From: Bdellovibrionia bacterium
Lineage (GTDB): Bacteria > Bdellovibrionota > UBA1018
Length of the DNA stretch: 14,707 bases
Reading direction: 5' to 3'
Assembly (NCBI GenBank): GCA_049424145.1
Contig: JBMSSC010000067.1
Location: forward strand, 1-14,707
Shown: positions 1 through 8,458 of the stretch, piece by piece
Layout of the letters: each line of letters starts with the position of its first letter
How positions within the stretch are numbered: position 1 is the first letter of the stretch
Made by a program: the position numbers and the translations under genes
Notes under the pieces: generated by a model
What the model saw: the letters and a program-made list of their open reading frames with translations, nothing else
Told to the model about the DNA's origin: nothing
The model's database searches: none

Positions 1-526
1 GGCCCGCTAACCCAGCCGGCCAATCCCATCTCCCCGTGTTTATAAAATAAACCCCCCCCACAGGGACCCCGCAAAAAAAAAGCAAAACAAAGACGTCCCC
101 TAACCCCCGATAGGCCAGAGGAAAAGGCCCTCCCGTATAACAGTAGCCCGCTAAAATGGACAACAACCCAATGATCAGAATCGGAACGCCCCCTGCCCAA
201 ACTAAAGGCAGAGCCAGGCACGCGGACAACACAAAACACAACCCAGCTGCCATAAGCACAGTGCGGGACGAAAAGAGACCACTTTGAGTCACCCGTTTTG
301 GCCCGATGCGCTCCTCGGTGTCGGCTCCTTTTTTAAAATCCATGGCGTCATTGACCAAATTCGTGCCCACCTGAATCAACAAGGAGCAAAAAAGAGCAAG
401 AGCGCTCAAATCCAAACGAGTCTCACCTCGGATGGCATAGGCCAGAGTAGAACCCACCAGGATGGGGACCACAGCCGCAGTGAGGGTCTTGGGGCGAGAG
501 GCGAATAACCAAGCTTGAAGTTGCAT
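1..526 (-). CDS. menA: 1,4-dihydroxy-2-naphthoate polyprenyltransferase (UbiA family), 3' end outside the window
   Basis: Not in the ORF track because it has no stop in the window. Manual translation from ATG 526 gives MQLQAWLFASRPKTLTAAVVPILVG...LIQVGTNLVNDAMDFKKGADTEERIGPKRVTQSG...YCYTGGPFPLAYRGLGDVFV. These are the MenA RPxTL, NDxxDxxxGxD and YTGGPxPLAYxGLGD motifs. It starts 24 nt after the menB stop. Confidence 0.95.
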   Translation of the reverse strand, partial: MQLQAWLFASRPKTLTAAVVPILVGSTLAYAIRGETRLDLSALALFCSLLIQVGTNLVNDAMDFKKGADTEERIGPKRVTQSGLFSSRTVLMAAGLCFVLSACLALPLVWAGGVPILIIGLLSILAGYCYTGGPFPLAYRGLGDVFVLLFFCGVPVGGVYFINTGRWDWPAGLAG

Positions 527-550
527 AGAATTGAAGATCCAACCTTCCCC

Positions 551-1402
551 TTAAGGAAGTCGAGGAAACTGCTTAAAATTGGGTTTGCGTTTCTCCAGGA
601 AGGCATTTTTTCCTTCCTTGGCCTCTTCTGACAGATAGTACAGTAGGGTGGCATTTCCAGCTAAATCCAAAAGCCCCATTTGTCCGTCACAATCGGCATT
701 TAAAGCAGTTTTTAGACACCTCAGGGCCAGCGGTGAGTGTTCCAACATCTGACGGCACCAGCGCAGCGTCTCGGCCTCCAATTGATCCAACGGAACGACA
801 TGATTCACGAGGCCCATTTTCAAAGCCTCAGCCGCATCGTACTGACGACAGAGGTACCAGATCTCGCGGGCTTTCTTCTGCCCTACGATGCGAGCCAGAT
901 AACTGCTTCCTAAGCCCCCGTCAAAAGATCCCACTTTAGGGCCTGTTTGTCCAAAGCGGGCGTTCTCAGCGGCAATCGTTAGATCGCACACCACGTGCAG
1001 AACATGACCGCCCCCTACGGCATAACCGGCCACCATCGCAACCACGGGTTTCGGCAAGGAACGAATGCGCTTTTGAAGATCCAGCACATTGAGGCGAGGA
1101 ATGCCGTCTTGTCCCAGGTATCCCCCATGAGAGCGCACTTTTTGATCCCCTCCCGAGCAAAATGCCTCGGACCCTTCTCCCGTTAAAATCACCACTCCAA
1201 TGGAACTTTGGTCACGGAAGTAATCAAAAGCCGCAATCAACTGTTCCACCGTCTCGGGGCGAAATGCATTGCGCCTTTCAGGGCGATTAATGGTGACTTT
1301 TCCAATCCCGTAATCCGTACGCTCAAGCTTAATATCTGTGAGCTCTGAAAAACCCGGAATCGCCTTGATTTGAATCCAATTTTCCACTGTCCTTGCCTCC
1401 AT
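551..1402 (-). CDS. menB: 1,4-dihydroxy-2-naphthoyl-CoA synthase (crotonase family)
   Basis: [43 protein letters not shown] and [10 protein letters not shown] motifs; located in the men cluster. Confidence 0.98.
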   Translation of the reverse strand: MEARTVENWIQIKAIPGFSELTDIKLERTDYGIGKVTINRPERRNAFRPETVEQLIAAFDYFRDQSSIGVVILTGEGSEAFCSGGDQKVRSHGGYLGQDGIPRLNVLDLQKRIRSLPKPVVAMVAGYAVGGGHVLHVVCDLTIAAENARFGQTGPKVGSFDGGLGSSYLARIVGQKKAREIWYLCRQYDAAEALKMGLVNHVVPLDQLEAETLRWCRQMLEHSPLALRCLKTALNADCDGQMGLLDLAGNATLLYYLSEEAKEGKNAFLEKRKPNFKQFPRLP

Positions 1403-1466
1403 ATGCCCCTGTTGATGGGGCCTTCCACTGACTCCCGATGAAGATCAAATTGAAATCGATCTCATC

Positions 1467-2237
1467 TCAAAGGGTCAGATCCAAAAATGCTGAGACGGCC
1501 TGCTGAAATCCCACCGGATTCTCCCACGGAACTCGATGTCCCCCATCGGCAATCACCTCGACTTTAAAACGAGGATGAAGACCCGATAGACTTTGACCGA
1601 TTGCCTTGTACTTAACATCGTGTTGCCCGGAAATCCAGAGAGTCGGTACGGTGAGGGATTTTAGGGTCGATCTGAGATCCGTTTGAGCCGCCAAAGACCA
1701 GTGCCTTAGGGCTGAAGCAAGCTTGGAGCAAGAAAACCAAGAGGCCTCACGCTTCAGAGAGAAAACCCCAGCGTGCTGGGTTTGAAACACGGCTTGCGAA
1801 TTCCAGGCCTGAATCAGACTCTCCCAGGATTCAGCGGATCGGCCCTCAAAGCGTTGAGCCCAAGAGTCATCCTGCCGGGCTCGCTGCACCTGCTCAGGCA
1901 GAGGGTCATGAAGCTGAGCCCCGGGAATTCCGGGATGGGCTGAGATGATCACAGCGCAGGACCAAAGCTCAGGTGACTCCGTAAGAGCGTGAAGGGCAAC
2001 TCGCCCCCCCAAAGAGTACCCCATAAGAACGCGAGGACCGGGGGTTTGGGATGCTAATTGATTGAGTTTTTTTCCTGCATCCCATAACGTCGGCAAAGCC
2101 CTGGGATCCAGCTCCCCGGTCGGCTTGGGATCGTTAGAAAAAAAATCATACCCGACCCAGGAAGGAAAAGAAAACACATCCCAGTCTGAAGGACACCCTA
2201 AAAACCCATGAAGAGCGTGAATGCAGGGACTTTTCAC
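1467..2237 (-). CDS. menH: SHCHC synthase (alpha/beta hydrolase)
   Basis: HGFLG oxyanion motif, GYSLGGR nucleophile elbow, GxxDxKY Asp and GHRVPWE His; lies between menD and menB. Start moved from 2267 to GTG 2237, which overlaps the menD stop as GTGA. Confidence 0.88.
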   Translation of the reverse strand: MKSPCIHALHGFLGCPSDWDVFSFPSWVGYDFFSNDPKPTGELDPRALPTLWDAGKKLNQLASQTPGPRVLMGYSLGGRVALHALTESPELWSCAVIISAHPGIPGAQLHDPLPEQVQRARQDDSWAQRFEGRSAESWESLIQAWNSQAVFQTQHAGVFSLKREASWFSCSKLASALRHWSLAAQTDLRSTLKSLTVPTLWISGQHDVKYKAIGQSLSGLHPRFKVEVIADGGHRVPWENPVGFQQAVSAFLDLTL

Positions 2238-3997
2238 AGCCGACTCGCTGCTTCGTAGGAGTCCCAAAACTGCTGAGTGGAGGACTCACAGGGTGAAAGC
2301 TCAATCAGACTCCAAGGCCTCTGAAAAGCTTGAGCCTCAGGTGCCAAAAGCACGGAGGATTCCTGGACCTTCCAATAAGCCATGGACCAAAGCTCAGCAA
2401 CCGCTTCAAAGGAGAGCCGATGAGCATTTTGAAACCTCGGATCGGAGAACATCCGCGAGAAAATCTGCCCTCCTCCGTTATTGATCACCACCAAGTGAGC
2501 CTCCAACTGCTCTCCTAATTGAGGGAGCACCCAAGGTCCTTGCAGATCATAGAGCGCAGTGAGGTCCCCCACGAGCGCCCAATTGGAGGAATCCGCATCG
2601 GCATAGCCTAGAAACGTGGAAATCTGCCCATCAATCCCATTGAGGCCACGAGAGGCCCAGATCTCCTGGCGCTGCCCAGTGCTGGATTCAAGATCGACCC
2701 CTGGCGTCTGAGAAGTCCACGGGGAACAGGCTGAAATCAGGTCCCACTGACGAATCGGAAGACTGTTTCCAAGATAAAGCCGAAGTGGCCGCTTTTGACT
2801 GAAGGCTCGTTTTTTCATCAACGAGGAAAGGGCATGAACTAAGGCTGGTTCTGAATCCGGATACCTCTCACTTAAATTCCGAAGTGCAGACCGAACCACC
2901 TGGTCCTTTTGAAAAAAAGGCTCCGCTCGAACCCGTTGAAAAGGGGTGATGGAGGAAACCTTGTCCTTCAGTTTCAACACGATACTCTTCAAATCCCCAA
3001 CCACCCACTGCGAGGGCCGACTTAAGCCTGAAAACGGCACGCGACTGAGAGAAAGCACGGGCAAATGGGCAAACTTCGACTCCAAATCCCTCCAGAAGCG
3101 CAAGGTAGGCACCCCACCCAAACGAAGCACTCCATCCACGGGATAACCTGCCTCGTGGGCTCGCTCAAAAATCCGATCTCCACAAGCAATCCTAAGACCC
3201 TGAGCATCGCATGCCTCTTGAATCCCAGAGGTCGCCTCCAAGTAAACGGGCGCACCCCAGGTTTTTAAAAACTCAAGCACCCCGTTTCGATCGGACGGGT
3301 GAACGGAGGAAACAAGAACCAGCGGAAACGAAGTGGCCTGAAAAAACGCCTCTGCCGAAGACGTCCACTCCCCTCCCGAAGAGGACGACAAAAGCGTGAC
3401 CCCAGGACTTACGGGCCGATCCGAGGTGCTTCGGCCTCGTGAGAGCGAGGTGATCGATCCCTCCATCCGACCTGGTGGCTCTAAAAGAGGTTCATGAAAA
3501 CAAAGATTCAAATGCACGGGCTGATGAAAAACCTCAGAATTCAGATGAGCCAGCTTGGCTTCCACCTCGTCCACTTCAATATCGAGCTGAAACGGCGTGT
3601 AGACCCCAAAAATCCCTTGTTGTTCGGCGGTCTGAGGGGCTCCGGTACCTCGGTAAGAGCGGGGACGATCGGCGCTGACCACCACCAGGGGAATTCCTGA
3701 GTAGTAGGCCTCCATGACCGAGGGAAGGAGTTCTCCTACGGCAGTGCCTGAGGTGGTGATGACGGCCACAGGACGATTTTGCGCCCGAGCCTTTCCTAGG
3801 GCAAAAAAACCCGCCGCGCGCTCATCAAAAAATGAAATCACCTCAAAGTGTTGCCCCGGATAGGACTGAAAAAAAGAATCCGTCAGCAAGGCAATCAGCG
3901 GCGCATTTCGAGCGCCCGGGCACAAACAGAAGTGTCGAACGCCGTGTTCAACTAGGGCTTGCAAACAAGCAAACGCGGAAACGGTATTGGGATTCAT
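2234..3997 (-). CDS. menD: SEPHCHC synthase (ThDP-dependent)
   Basis: CPGARNAPL, DERAAGFFALG, TTSGTAVGELLP, SADRP, RGLNGIDG and GDLTALYD...VINNGGGQIF (ThDP GD...NN motif). ATG overlaps the menF stop as ATGA. Confidence 0.97.
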   Translation of the reverse strand: MNPNTVSAFACLQALVEHGVRHFCLCPGARNAPLIALLTDSFFQSYPGQHFEVISFFDERAAGFFALGKARAQNRPVAVITTSGTAVGELLPSVMEAYYSGIPLVVVSADRPRSYRGTGAPQTAEQQGIFGVYTPFQLDIEVDEVEAKLAHLNSEVFHQPVHLNLCFHEPLLEPPGRMEGSITSLSRGRSTSDRPVSPGVTLLSSSSGGEWTSSAEAFFQATSFPLVLVSSVHPSDRNGVLEFLKTWGAPVYLEATSGIQEACDAQGLRIACGDRIFERAHEAGYPVDGVLRLGGVPTLRFWRDLESKFAHLPVLSLSRVPFSGLSRPSQWVVGDLKSIVLKLKDKVSSITPFQRVRAEPFFQKDQVVRSALRNLSERYPDSEPALVHALSSLMKKRAFSQKRPLRLYLGNSLPIRQWDLISACSPWTSQTPGVDLESSTGQRQEIWASRGLNGIDGQISTFLGYADADSSNWALVGDLTALYDLQGPWVLPQLGEQLEAHLVVINNGGGQIFSRMFSDPRFQNAHRLSFEAVAELWSMAYWKVQESSVLLAPEAQAFQRPWSLIELSPCESSTQQFWDSYEAASRL

Positions 3998-5178
3998 CCC
4001 TGCTCCCCCCGTGGGAGATGAAATAGGTTTTTCACTGACTCAATTTTAGATCGTAACTCTTGAGCTTCTTTTTCAAAACGACTTTCAGGAACCACTCCAC
4101 ATCCCGCAATGATTCGAACCGAGTTTTGCTTCCACTGAAGATTTCGAATGGCCACTAAGCAGCGGCTCACCCCCGAATGCAAGAGAATCCCAAAGGGCGC
4201 TCCGTGCCTGAAACGAGGAGTCACCTGCTCCATCTGCTCCAGCCAGGCCCATCCCCTTTCTTTAGGAAACGCACCCAGAGCCGGCGTGGGGTGAAGACAC
4301 CTCACCCACTGTTCAAACTGATGCAAGGACGCAACCCCAGGACTAAAGCCGGATCTACCTTCCGGTTGGAGGCCAGGAGTAAAAGTAATGGGTGTAACCA
4401 GATGAATCAGATGAGGAAAAACCCATTCAGTGGTCTTCCCAACACGGATCAAGCCCCCAGTGGATCCCGTTTCTTTTTCCCAAAGTCGGAAGGATTGCTG
4501 GATGCCTTCGATCACCAGGCGATGTTCATGTTGCTCTTTGGGATCTTCAAGCAAAGAAGTTGATGCCTGCAAAGGACTCCTCGGACGAGTTCCTGCCACG
4601 GCATAGGTCCTCAACTCATCTCCGCTCATTTGATCAAATAAAATCTCAGGAGAGGCCCCAAGAATACCCTCATGCTCATTCCAAACCCCATAGACGGAAA
4701 GGGGAAAACCTTGAGAGGCCTGGATGAGAGAGACCAAAAGCCGCGCCAAAGTGAGCGGATCAACTCCCTGAGCGGATCTCCACATCCCTTGGCCCATCTG
4801 AGACACCACGGGAACGGCCTTTTTCAATTCACCTCGGTCTAACCGATGCTTTAATTCTTCAAATTGGACTTGAAACGAAGTGAGGTCGAGGGAGCTCCAG
4901 TGAATGAAGGGCTGCTGAAGCCCATCCGAACCCGAATTGAACCTGCTGGGATCTGGGAGATCCTTCAATAACTGAGCAGCCGTGAGCTGAACGTAAGTCT
5001 CATAATTCTGCCAGGGGGTTGAATTTTTTAGGAAAAAATCCGGCGCATATAAATTCAAACCCTCATGACGGGGATGTGTCGAGAGCTTGGATGGGCCGAT
5101 CCCGAGCCAGAAATCGCCCGTCTCTGCATTGGAAATGATGCACCCTGAGTGAAGGAAGTTTTCAACATTGAAGCTCAC
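3994..5178 (-). CDS. menF: Isochorismate synthase (chorismate-binding MST family)
   Basis: GASPE, AVAGT, KEQHEH, HLVTPI, LHPTPALG, VAIR and AGCGVVxxSxxExExxE motifs. GTG start with AGGA 6 nt upstream; first gene of the men operon. Confidence 0.92.
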   Translation of the reverse strand: MSFNVENFLHSGCIISNAETGDFWLGIGPSKLSTHPRHEGLNLYAPDFFLKNSTPWQNYETYVQLTAAQLLKDLPDPSRFNSGSDGLQQPFIHWSSLDLTSFQVQFEELKHRLDRGELKKAVPVVSQMGQGMWRSAQGVDPLTLARLLVSLIQASQGFPLSVYGVWNEHEGILGASPEILFDQMSGDELRTYAVAGTRPRSPLQASTSLLEDPKEQHEHRLVIEGIQQSFRLWEKETGSTGGLIRVGKTTEWVFPHLIHLVTPITFTPGLQPEGRSGFSPGVASLHQFEQWVRCLHPTPALGAFPKERGWAWLEQMEQVTPRFRHGAPFGILLHSGVSRCLVAIRNLQWKQNSVRIIAGCGVVPESRFEKEAQELRSKIESVKNLFHLPRGEQG

Positions 5179-5198
5179 TGATTTATCCTAAGTAGAAA

Positions 5199-5227
5199 GT
5201 GCTACACGATTAACTTCCAGTTTACAA
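5199..5227 (-). promoter_or_regulatory. Candidate sigma70 promoter of the men operon (TTGTAA-N17-TAGCAC)
   Basis: -35 at 5227-5222 and -10 at 5204-5199 with a 17-nt spacer, 20 nt upstream of the menF GTG. The -10 match is weak. Confidence 0.35.
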
Positions 5228-5256
5228 TTATCCTTTTTAATTAGATAAGAACGGCT

Positions 5257-6075
5257 ATGCGCTTAATTGATTCCTCAAATAGCCGTCCCCACCTCCTGGG
5301 GCCTCAATCGTTTTCTTTGATTGCAGGGCCCTGCTCCATTGAATCTTACGACCTCTTTCACCAAGTGGCAACGGAGGTCAAACGCATGGGCGCGACGGCT
5401 CTGCGCGGGGGTATTTTTAAGATGCGCTCACGCGCCGACTCATTTCAAGGGTTAGGAGCCGATGCCTTGGCCATTGCTCAGCGCGTCAAACAAGAGGTTC
5501 AACTCCCATTTGTGTGTGAGATCACCGACCCACGACAAATCGACTGCCTCTCCGAGGTCGTGGATGTGTTTCAGGTGGGCGCCCGAAACATGCATAACTA
5601 TGAGCTCCTCAAAGAGCTGGGAAAAGGGCGTAAGCCGGTGCTCTTAAAGCGTGGTTTAGCAGCGTACCTCGATGAGTTCCTCTTGGCAGCCGAATACATA
5701 AGCCGAGGAGGAAATGAGCAGATTCTGCTCTGTGAACGGGGAATTCGAACTTTTGAAACCTCCACGCGAAACACTTTAGATCTCTCAGCCGTTCCCTACC
5801 TCAAACAGCGATGCCCATTTCCGGTCATTGTGGACCCGAGTCACGCAACCGGCTTAAGAGAACTGGTTATTCCCATGAGCTTAGCTGCCGCCGCTGCCGG
5901 AGCCGATGGCGTGATTGTGGAGGTTCACCCTCAGCCTGAAAATGCCCTCTCGGATGGGAGACAAGCCCTGACTCTTGAGGACTTCCAAATCTTAGTTCCC
6001 AAGCTCAAGCGAATTTTAGAGGCAATCAATAGCCCCGACTCAACTACCCAAAGGACTCCACTATGGACGAACTAA
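5257..6075 (+). CDS. aroF: 3-deoxy-7-phosphoheptulonate (DAHP) synthase, class I-beta, catalytic barrel only
   Basis: IAGPCSIES (metal Cys), LRGGxFKxRS..SFQGLG, QVGARNMHN, PVLLKRG, LCERGIRTFE, RNTLD, DPSHATG, IVEVHPxP and SDG motifs. At 272 aa it has no ACT or chorismate mutase extension. Confidence 0.92.
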   Translation: MRLIDSSNSRPHLLGPQSFSLIAGPCSIESYDLFHQVATEVKRMGATALRGGIFKMRSRADSFQGLGADALAIAQRVKQEVQLPFVCEITDPRQIDCLSEVVDVFQVGARNMHNYELLKELGKGRKPVLLKRGLAAYLDEFLLAAEYISRGGNEQILLCERGIRTFETSTRNTLDLSAVPYLKQRCPFPVIVDPSHATGLRELVIPMSLAAAAAGADGVIVEVHPQPENALSDGRQALTLEDFQILVPKLKRILEAINSPDSTTQRTPLWTN

Positions 6076-6806
6076 CTGCAGAAAATCCCAATTCCATTCG
6101 AAAAATGTTTGGTGCCATTGCAGGAAAGTATGACCTGGCCAACTCGGTCCTCTCGCTTGGAATTCATCACCTTTGGAAAAAGGCGTTGGTGAAAAAAAGT
6201 GGGATCCGACCAGGAGATCGCGTTTTGGATTGCGCCACTGGAACGGGAGATTTGGCTTTTCGTTTTGAAAATGTGACTCGAGGCCAAGCACGAGTAACGG
6301 GAAGTGACTTTTGTGAGCCTATGCTGACGATTGCACGCGAGAAGGCTGCAAAAATGGGCTCTCAGGTCGAATTTATTTTTGCTGATGCGATGAGTCTTCC
6401 GTTTGAAAACCAGAGTTTTGATCTGGCGAGCATTTCCTTTGGCCTGAGAAATGTCAAAGACTTAAGTCAAGCCCTCTGCGAGTTAGGACGAGTTGTTCGA
6501 CCGGGGGGTCAGGTTCTCATCTTGGAATTTGGACAACCCACCTCGAAGGTGATGGGCGCGCTCTTTCATTTTTACTCCACCCGGCTCCTGCCTCAAATTG
6601 GGGGCTGGATCAGTGGAGAAAAGAAGGCTTATGAGTACCTCCAAACCTCTTCCGCTCAATTTCCCTGCGGTGAGAAACTCCTTGAGCTGGCTGAGCGAAC
6701 CGGCCGATTCTCCAACCTCGAATACCGGTCATTTCAAGGCGGCATTGCCTACCTGTATTGTCTCACTTGCAAGGAGAGCTCGGCACCTGCTGAGCAGAAA
6801 GGGTAA
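6063..6806 (+). CDS. ubiE: Demethylmenaquinone methyltransferase UbiE/MenG
   Basis: MFxxIAxKYDLANxxLSLGIHxLWK, VLDCATGTGD (SAM motif I), ISFGLRNV, RVVRPGG and YEYLxxS motifs. Overlaps the DAHP synthase gene by 13 nt; AAGGA SD at 6051-6055. Confidence 0.96.
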   Translation: MDELTAENPNSIRKMFGAIAGKYDLANSVLSLGIHHLWKKALVKKSGIRPGDRVLDCATGTGDLAFRFENVTRGQARVTGSDFCEPMLTIAREKAAKMGSQVEFIFADAMSLPFENQSFDLASISFGLRNVKDLSQALCELGRVVRPGGQVLILEFGQPTSKVMGALFHFYSTRLLPQIGGWISGEKKAYEYLQTSSAQFPCGEKLLELAERTGRFSNLEYRSFQGGIAYLYCLTCKESSAPAEQKG

Positions 6807-6818
6807 CCTCCCCAAACC

Positions 6819-8129
6819 ATGCAGCCCAACACGTTTCAGATCCTCTCTAGCTGCCTTTTGGGGGCTGCTCTGCTTCATACGTTCTCCACTCATTTTTTTC
6901 TATCTCAAGCTCAGCGTTTTCCCAAAAAAAGCGGCGCTCACCAGCTCTTTTTAATTTTGGGTAACGTCGAGATCATCGCCATTTTTTGGGCACTGCTTCT
7001 TTTAATCGGCCTAGGAGTAGTGCAGGGATGGGGAAGTATTCCTCACTACCTTCGCACCATCGGATTCTCTGAACCCCTGTTCGTGCTGGTCATTCTCCTC
7101 ATCACGGCGACCCAACCCATCTTAGAATTGTGCTCCAATCTGATTTCTCATCTCAACCCACTTCAACGAGCTTCAGAAGCATGGCACGATCTCGGTTTTT
7201 TTCTCACCACGCTCGTTCTTGGACCCTTAATGGGAAGTCTCATTACCGAACCTGCGGCCATCACGGTCACAGCTTACCTTCTGAAAGACTGCTTCTTTAG
7301 CAAGCCCTTCTCTATGCGACTGAAGTACATGACTTTTGGAACCCTGCTGGTGAACATTTCGATCGGAGGGGCACTCACGCCCTTTGCCGCGCCTCCCATT
7401 TTAATGGTCGCAAAAGCATGGCACTGGGATTTTTTATTCATGGCCACTCACTTGGGCTGGAAAGCGGCCCTGGGAGTTCTGATCAATGCGTTCTTTCTCT
7501 CCTTTTTTTACCTAAAAGAACGGGGGCAGCTCAAAACTCAGGCTCCGTCGCCTCATCGCAGACTTGAACTCCCCTCTCTCAGGCTCAGGATCACTCAAGG
7601 GGTCCATGTTGGATTTTTAGTTCTCACGATCCTAAACGCCCACAAGCCCCTCTTCTTGGTCCTGGGGCTACTTGCCTTTGTCTTGTGGACCGCCTTGAGC
7701 CGAAAGCACCAACAAAGCTCACTCCAGTGGAAAGAGGCCCTAGGACTGGCGCTCTTTCTTTTAGGCTTGGAGATCCTAGGATCCCCTCAAAGCTGGTGGG
7801 TTTCCCCTTTACTCCATCATTTATCCCCTGGATCTTTGTTCTTAGGTGCCACTGCATTAACGTCGATCCTGGACAACGCAGCACTGACTTATCTGGGAGC
7901 CCAAAGCGAGAGTCTCACTGAGCTTTCACGGTATCTGCTCGTCAGTGGAGCGATCGCAGGAGGAGGACTCACCTTAATTGCCAATGCTCCGAATCCCGCT
8001 GCGTTTGCGATTCTCAAGGAGAGTTGGGGGGAGGAAAAGTTTCATCACTCGTTTTTACTCTTAGGAGCTCTCATTCCGACACTGGGGGTCATGAGTATTT
8101 TTTGGTTCCTTCGAGCCACTTCCCTCTGA
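6819..8129 (+). CDS. Putative Na+/H+ antiporter (DUF1504 / Na_H_antiport_3, ion transporter superfamily)
   Basis: Polytopic hydrophobic protein with the family motifs GSLITEPAA, NISIGGxLTPFAAPPILMVAxxWxWD, LTSILDNAALTYL and GAIAGGGLTLIANAPNPA. Starts 12 nt after the ubiE stop. Confidence 0.85.
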   Translation: MQPNTFQILSSCLLGAALLHTFSTHFFLSQAQRFPKKSGAHQLFLILGNVEIIAIFWALLLLIGLGVVQGWGSIPHYLRTIGFSEPLFVLVILLITATQPILELCSNLISHLNPLQRASEAWHDLGFFLTTLVLGPLMGSLITEPAAITVTAYLLKDCFFSKPFSMRLKYMTFGTLLVNISIGGALTPFAAPPILMVAKAWHWDFLFMATHLGWKAALGVLINAFFLSFFYLKERGQLKTQAPSPHRRLELPSLRLRITQGVHVGFLVLTILNAHKPLFLVLGLLAFVLWTALSRKHQQSSLQWKEALGLALFLLGLEILGSPQSWWVSPLLHHLSPGSLFLGATALTSILDNAALTYLGAQSESLTELSRYLLVSGAIAGGGLTLIANAPNPAAFAILKESWGEEKFHHSFLLLGALIPTLGVMSIFWFLRATSL

Positions 8130-8152
8130 TCGCCTGAGTCCTGAGTCTCTTC

Positions 8153-8174
8153 AGAGGAACGTGCTTTCCTCTTT
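8153..8174 (+). terminator. Possible terminator hairpin between the convergent antiporter gene and tRNA
   Basis: AGAGGAA-CGTGCT-TTCCTCT, a 7-bp stem 23 nt after the antiporter stop. The U tail is short. Confidence 0.35.
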
Positions 8175-8269
8175 GACAAAAAATGAAACAAAAAACAGAG
8201 AAAAAAGATTAAATGAATTGAGTTTGAATGGTGCTAATAAAATGAAGGGCACCCTGAAAGCTGAGAAAA

Positions 8270-8344
8270 TGGTTGGCTCGACTGGGATTGAACCAGCGAC
8301 CCCCACCGTGTCAAGGTGGTGCTCTCCCGCTGAGCTACGAGCCA
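8270..8344 (-). tRNA. tRNA-Val(GAC)
   Basis: TGGCTCG TA GCTC AGCGGGA GAGC A CCACC TT GAC AC GGTGG GGGTC GCTGG TTCAATC CCAGT CGAGCCA A CCA: 75 nt, all four stems pair, anticodon GAC, encoded CCA. Confidence 0.98.
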
Positions 8345-8373
8345 TCACAAGGATTTTCCAACCAGGTGAACCT

Positions 8374-8402
8374 TGTATAGCGCTAGGGCGAATGGGAGTC
8401 AA
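8374..8402 (-). promoter_or_regulatory. sigma70 promoter of tRNA-Val (TTGACT-N17-TATACA)
   Basis: -35 at 8402-8397, -10 at 8379-8374, exact 17-nt spacer, 29 nt upstream of the mature tRNA 5' end. Confidence 0.75.
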
Positions 8403-8458
8403 TCCCGAACTCACGAAAAAAAGATCTCAGGAAAAACTCTTGGTCGATCCCAGCTCCC

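Noticed and set aside
52..81. C8 and A9 homopolymers in menA as phase-variation or frameshift sites
   Set aside because: The frame stays intact and MenA-like on both sides; the runs simply encode Gly-Gly and Phe-Phe.
284..654. ORFs 284..508 (+) and 406..654 (-)
   Set aside because: Shadow frames over menA and menB; the menA frame carries the family motifs.
1..5178. Missing menC and menE as an incomplete pathway
   Set aside because: The operon runs off the left edge within menA, so these genes may follow outside the window.
8130..8294. tRNA-Val 3' end as an integration site
   Set aside because: No duplicated tRNA 3' end or integrase was seen, and housekeeping genes follow directly.
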